Shown: piece by piece, positions 25,337 to 26,726 of the stretch
Layout: every line of letters starts with the position of its first letter
Numbering within the stretch: position 1 is the stretch's first letter
Source: a virus
Lineage: Duplodnaviria > Caudoviricetes
DNA: 26,726 nucleotides
Strand: one strand, 5' to 3'
IMG/VR virus record: IMGVR_UViG_3300035670_001089
Location: 1-26,726 of that record
The notes under the pieces: generated by a model
The model's input: only the letters and a program-made list of their open reading frames with translations
What the model was told of the DNA's origin: nothing
The model's database searches: none
Position numbers and translations under genes: made by a program

Positions 25337-26185
25337 ATGCCAGTAGTAAAAGACGTACTGATAGGACTCCCAATCTACGATAACCGTATTGAGTATGATA
25401 TTTTGCAGGAATGTTTGGAAGCCAAAAATGATCCTGAATGCGTTGTAAAGGGCATTCAGTATTACAATGGCGACTCGCTCATTCCTCGTGGAAGAAATAA
25501 GATTGCAAAGATGTTTCTCGAGACAGATTGCAAGTACTTAATGTTCATTGACAGCGATATACGCTTCCAGCGTTGGATGATAAACAAGCTAAGAGCGCAT
25601 GACAAGGGTATTATTGGTGGTGTCTACCTAAAAAAGACGCTACCGTATCAGCCTGTCATGAATGCTTTTCTTGGTGAAGAAAATGGTCTTGCCATTATGC
25701 GTGAGATTGGAACAGGATTTATGATGATCCGAAGAGATGTATTTGGAGCATTTAGATCTATGTGGCCAGAGCATGATTATCTCAATGATGATGATGAGCA
25801 GGCAGGAACATACCATGACTGGTTTAAGATAGGCGTTTTCAGAGGTAAAGATGACGACAAGACAAAGCCGGGTCGTTACCTTTCTGAGGATTACTATTTC
25901 TGCCAAGAAGCAGCACAGTTGGGCTACAAGACCTACCTTGATCGAAGCATACTAACGCAGCACGTTGGTAAGATGACGTATCCTACAAAGGATGAGAGCT
26001 TGCTCAATGGCGCATCTGTTCTTATGGAACGTATGCGTCCTGACGCTGAAATCGATAAAAATGTATTTGAGCGCATTGTTACGGCTGCACAAGCCCAGAT
26101 CAATGCACGTAACCCATCCAGCTTGGATGACCAAATTCCACCAGTATCGGAGGCAAATATAAAAGAGATTGGAAGTGAGCCATGA
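25337..26185 (+). CDS. glycosyltransferase, GT2/GT-A fold
   Basis: SLIPRGRN, LMFIDSDI, GGVYLKK, GTGFMMIRRDVF, YLSEDYYFC, HVG; likely start ATG 25337. Confidence 0.85.
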   Translation: MPVVKDVLIGLPIYDNRIEYDILQECLEAKNDPECVVKGIQYYNGDSLIPRGRNKIAKMFLETDCKYLMFIDSDIRFQRWMINKLRAHDKGIIGGVYLKKTLPYQPVMNAFLGEENGLAIMREIGTGFMMIRRDVFGAFRSMWPEHDYLNDDDEQAGTYHDWFKIGVFRGKDDDKTKPGRYLSEDYYFCQEAAQLGYKTYLDRSILTQHVGKMTYPTKDESLLNGASVLMERMRPDAEIDKNVFERIVTAAQAQINARNPSSLDDQIPPVSEANIKEIGSEP

Positions 26186-26670
26186 GCAAAGACTGGAAAG
26201 ATATGACAGACGATGAGTTTGAGATATGGAGCAATGGTAAACAGATTGATCCAATTAGGATCGAGATACCAAAGCGCATAAATGACATACCTTCTTACGA
26301 CTTCGGTGTTGTAGATGATCCAGTCGAATTATACAAGGCTCACCTTAAAAAGATGGATAAACTTACAAAAAAAGCCAAAAAATCTAAAAAAACAGTAAAG
26401 GACAAAGTAATGGATACACTATTGAAAAAAGTATGGCAATTCCTGCGTGATGTATTATTGCAATGGATCTATCCATTTGCTATCTACAAAAAAGATGCAA
26501 ACGATAAGCCAATCATTAATCCAACTACAGGTAAGTTTGAGATTAACTGGTGGGCTACGGTTATCGCTCGTGTACTTAGTTTAGTTGCTGCTACATGGGG
26601 AACGCTTGAGTTTCTTGGTATGAGCGTAACCGAATGGGTCGCTCGTGTTAGCCAAGCTCTTGGTCTATGA
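26182..26670 (+). CDS. membrane protein, possible holin-region gene
   Basis: Lys-rich middle and hydrophobic C-terminal segment WWATVIARVLSLVAATWGTLEFLG; late-region position. Confidence 0.55.
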   Translation: MSKDWKDMTDDEFEIWSNGKQIDPIRIEIPKRINDIPSYDFGVVDDPVELYKAHLKKMDKLTKKAKKSKKTVKDKVMDTLLKKVWQFLRDVLLQWIYPFAIYKKDANDKPIINPTTGKFEINWWATVIARVLSLVAATWGTLEFLGMSVTEWVARVSQALGL

Positions 26671-26726
26671 GCAAGACATATCCATATCCAATAGACTTCA
26701 ATCCGCAATTCAATCCGAATCCTAAG
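26667..26726 (+). CDS. start of next gene (truncated by window)
   Basis: ATGA overlap; MSKTYPYPIDFNPQFNPNPK is open to the window end. Confidence 0.5.
   Translation, partial: MSKTYPYPIDFNPQFNPNPK

Overview
The window covers most of a small, compact tailed dsDNA phage genome (siphovirus layout, HK97-type head), with every credible gene on the + strand. It opens with the 3' end of a metallophosphoesterase, a terminator and an AT-rich promoter gap. The early recombination/replication module follows: ERF annealase, SSB-like protein, HTH protein, an aberrant tRNA, VRR-NUC nuclease, a wHTH replication initiator with internal iterons, and DnaB. Packaging and head genes are TerS, two glycosyltransferases, a GTA-type head-spike base protein, TerL, portal, a multi-domain prohead protease and the major capsid protein. 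Neck and tail genes include a -1 frameshifted tail chaperone, the tape measure protein and a 946-aa tail protein with mucin-like poly-Thr stalks. Three more glycosyltransferase-like genes, a methyltransferase and a membrane protein close the window. No integrase, repressor, polymerase or endolysin is visible. Protein and promoter motifs suggest an FCB/Bacteroidota-lineage host (inference). The best candidate for an undescribed system is a phage-encoded virion O-glycosylation ('phage mucin') module. Also notable are a kissing-loop attenuator-like RNA leader before the replication initiator and a tRNA-like RNA with an extra arm flanked by paired palindromes. All protein family calls come from motif recognition by eye; no searches were run.
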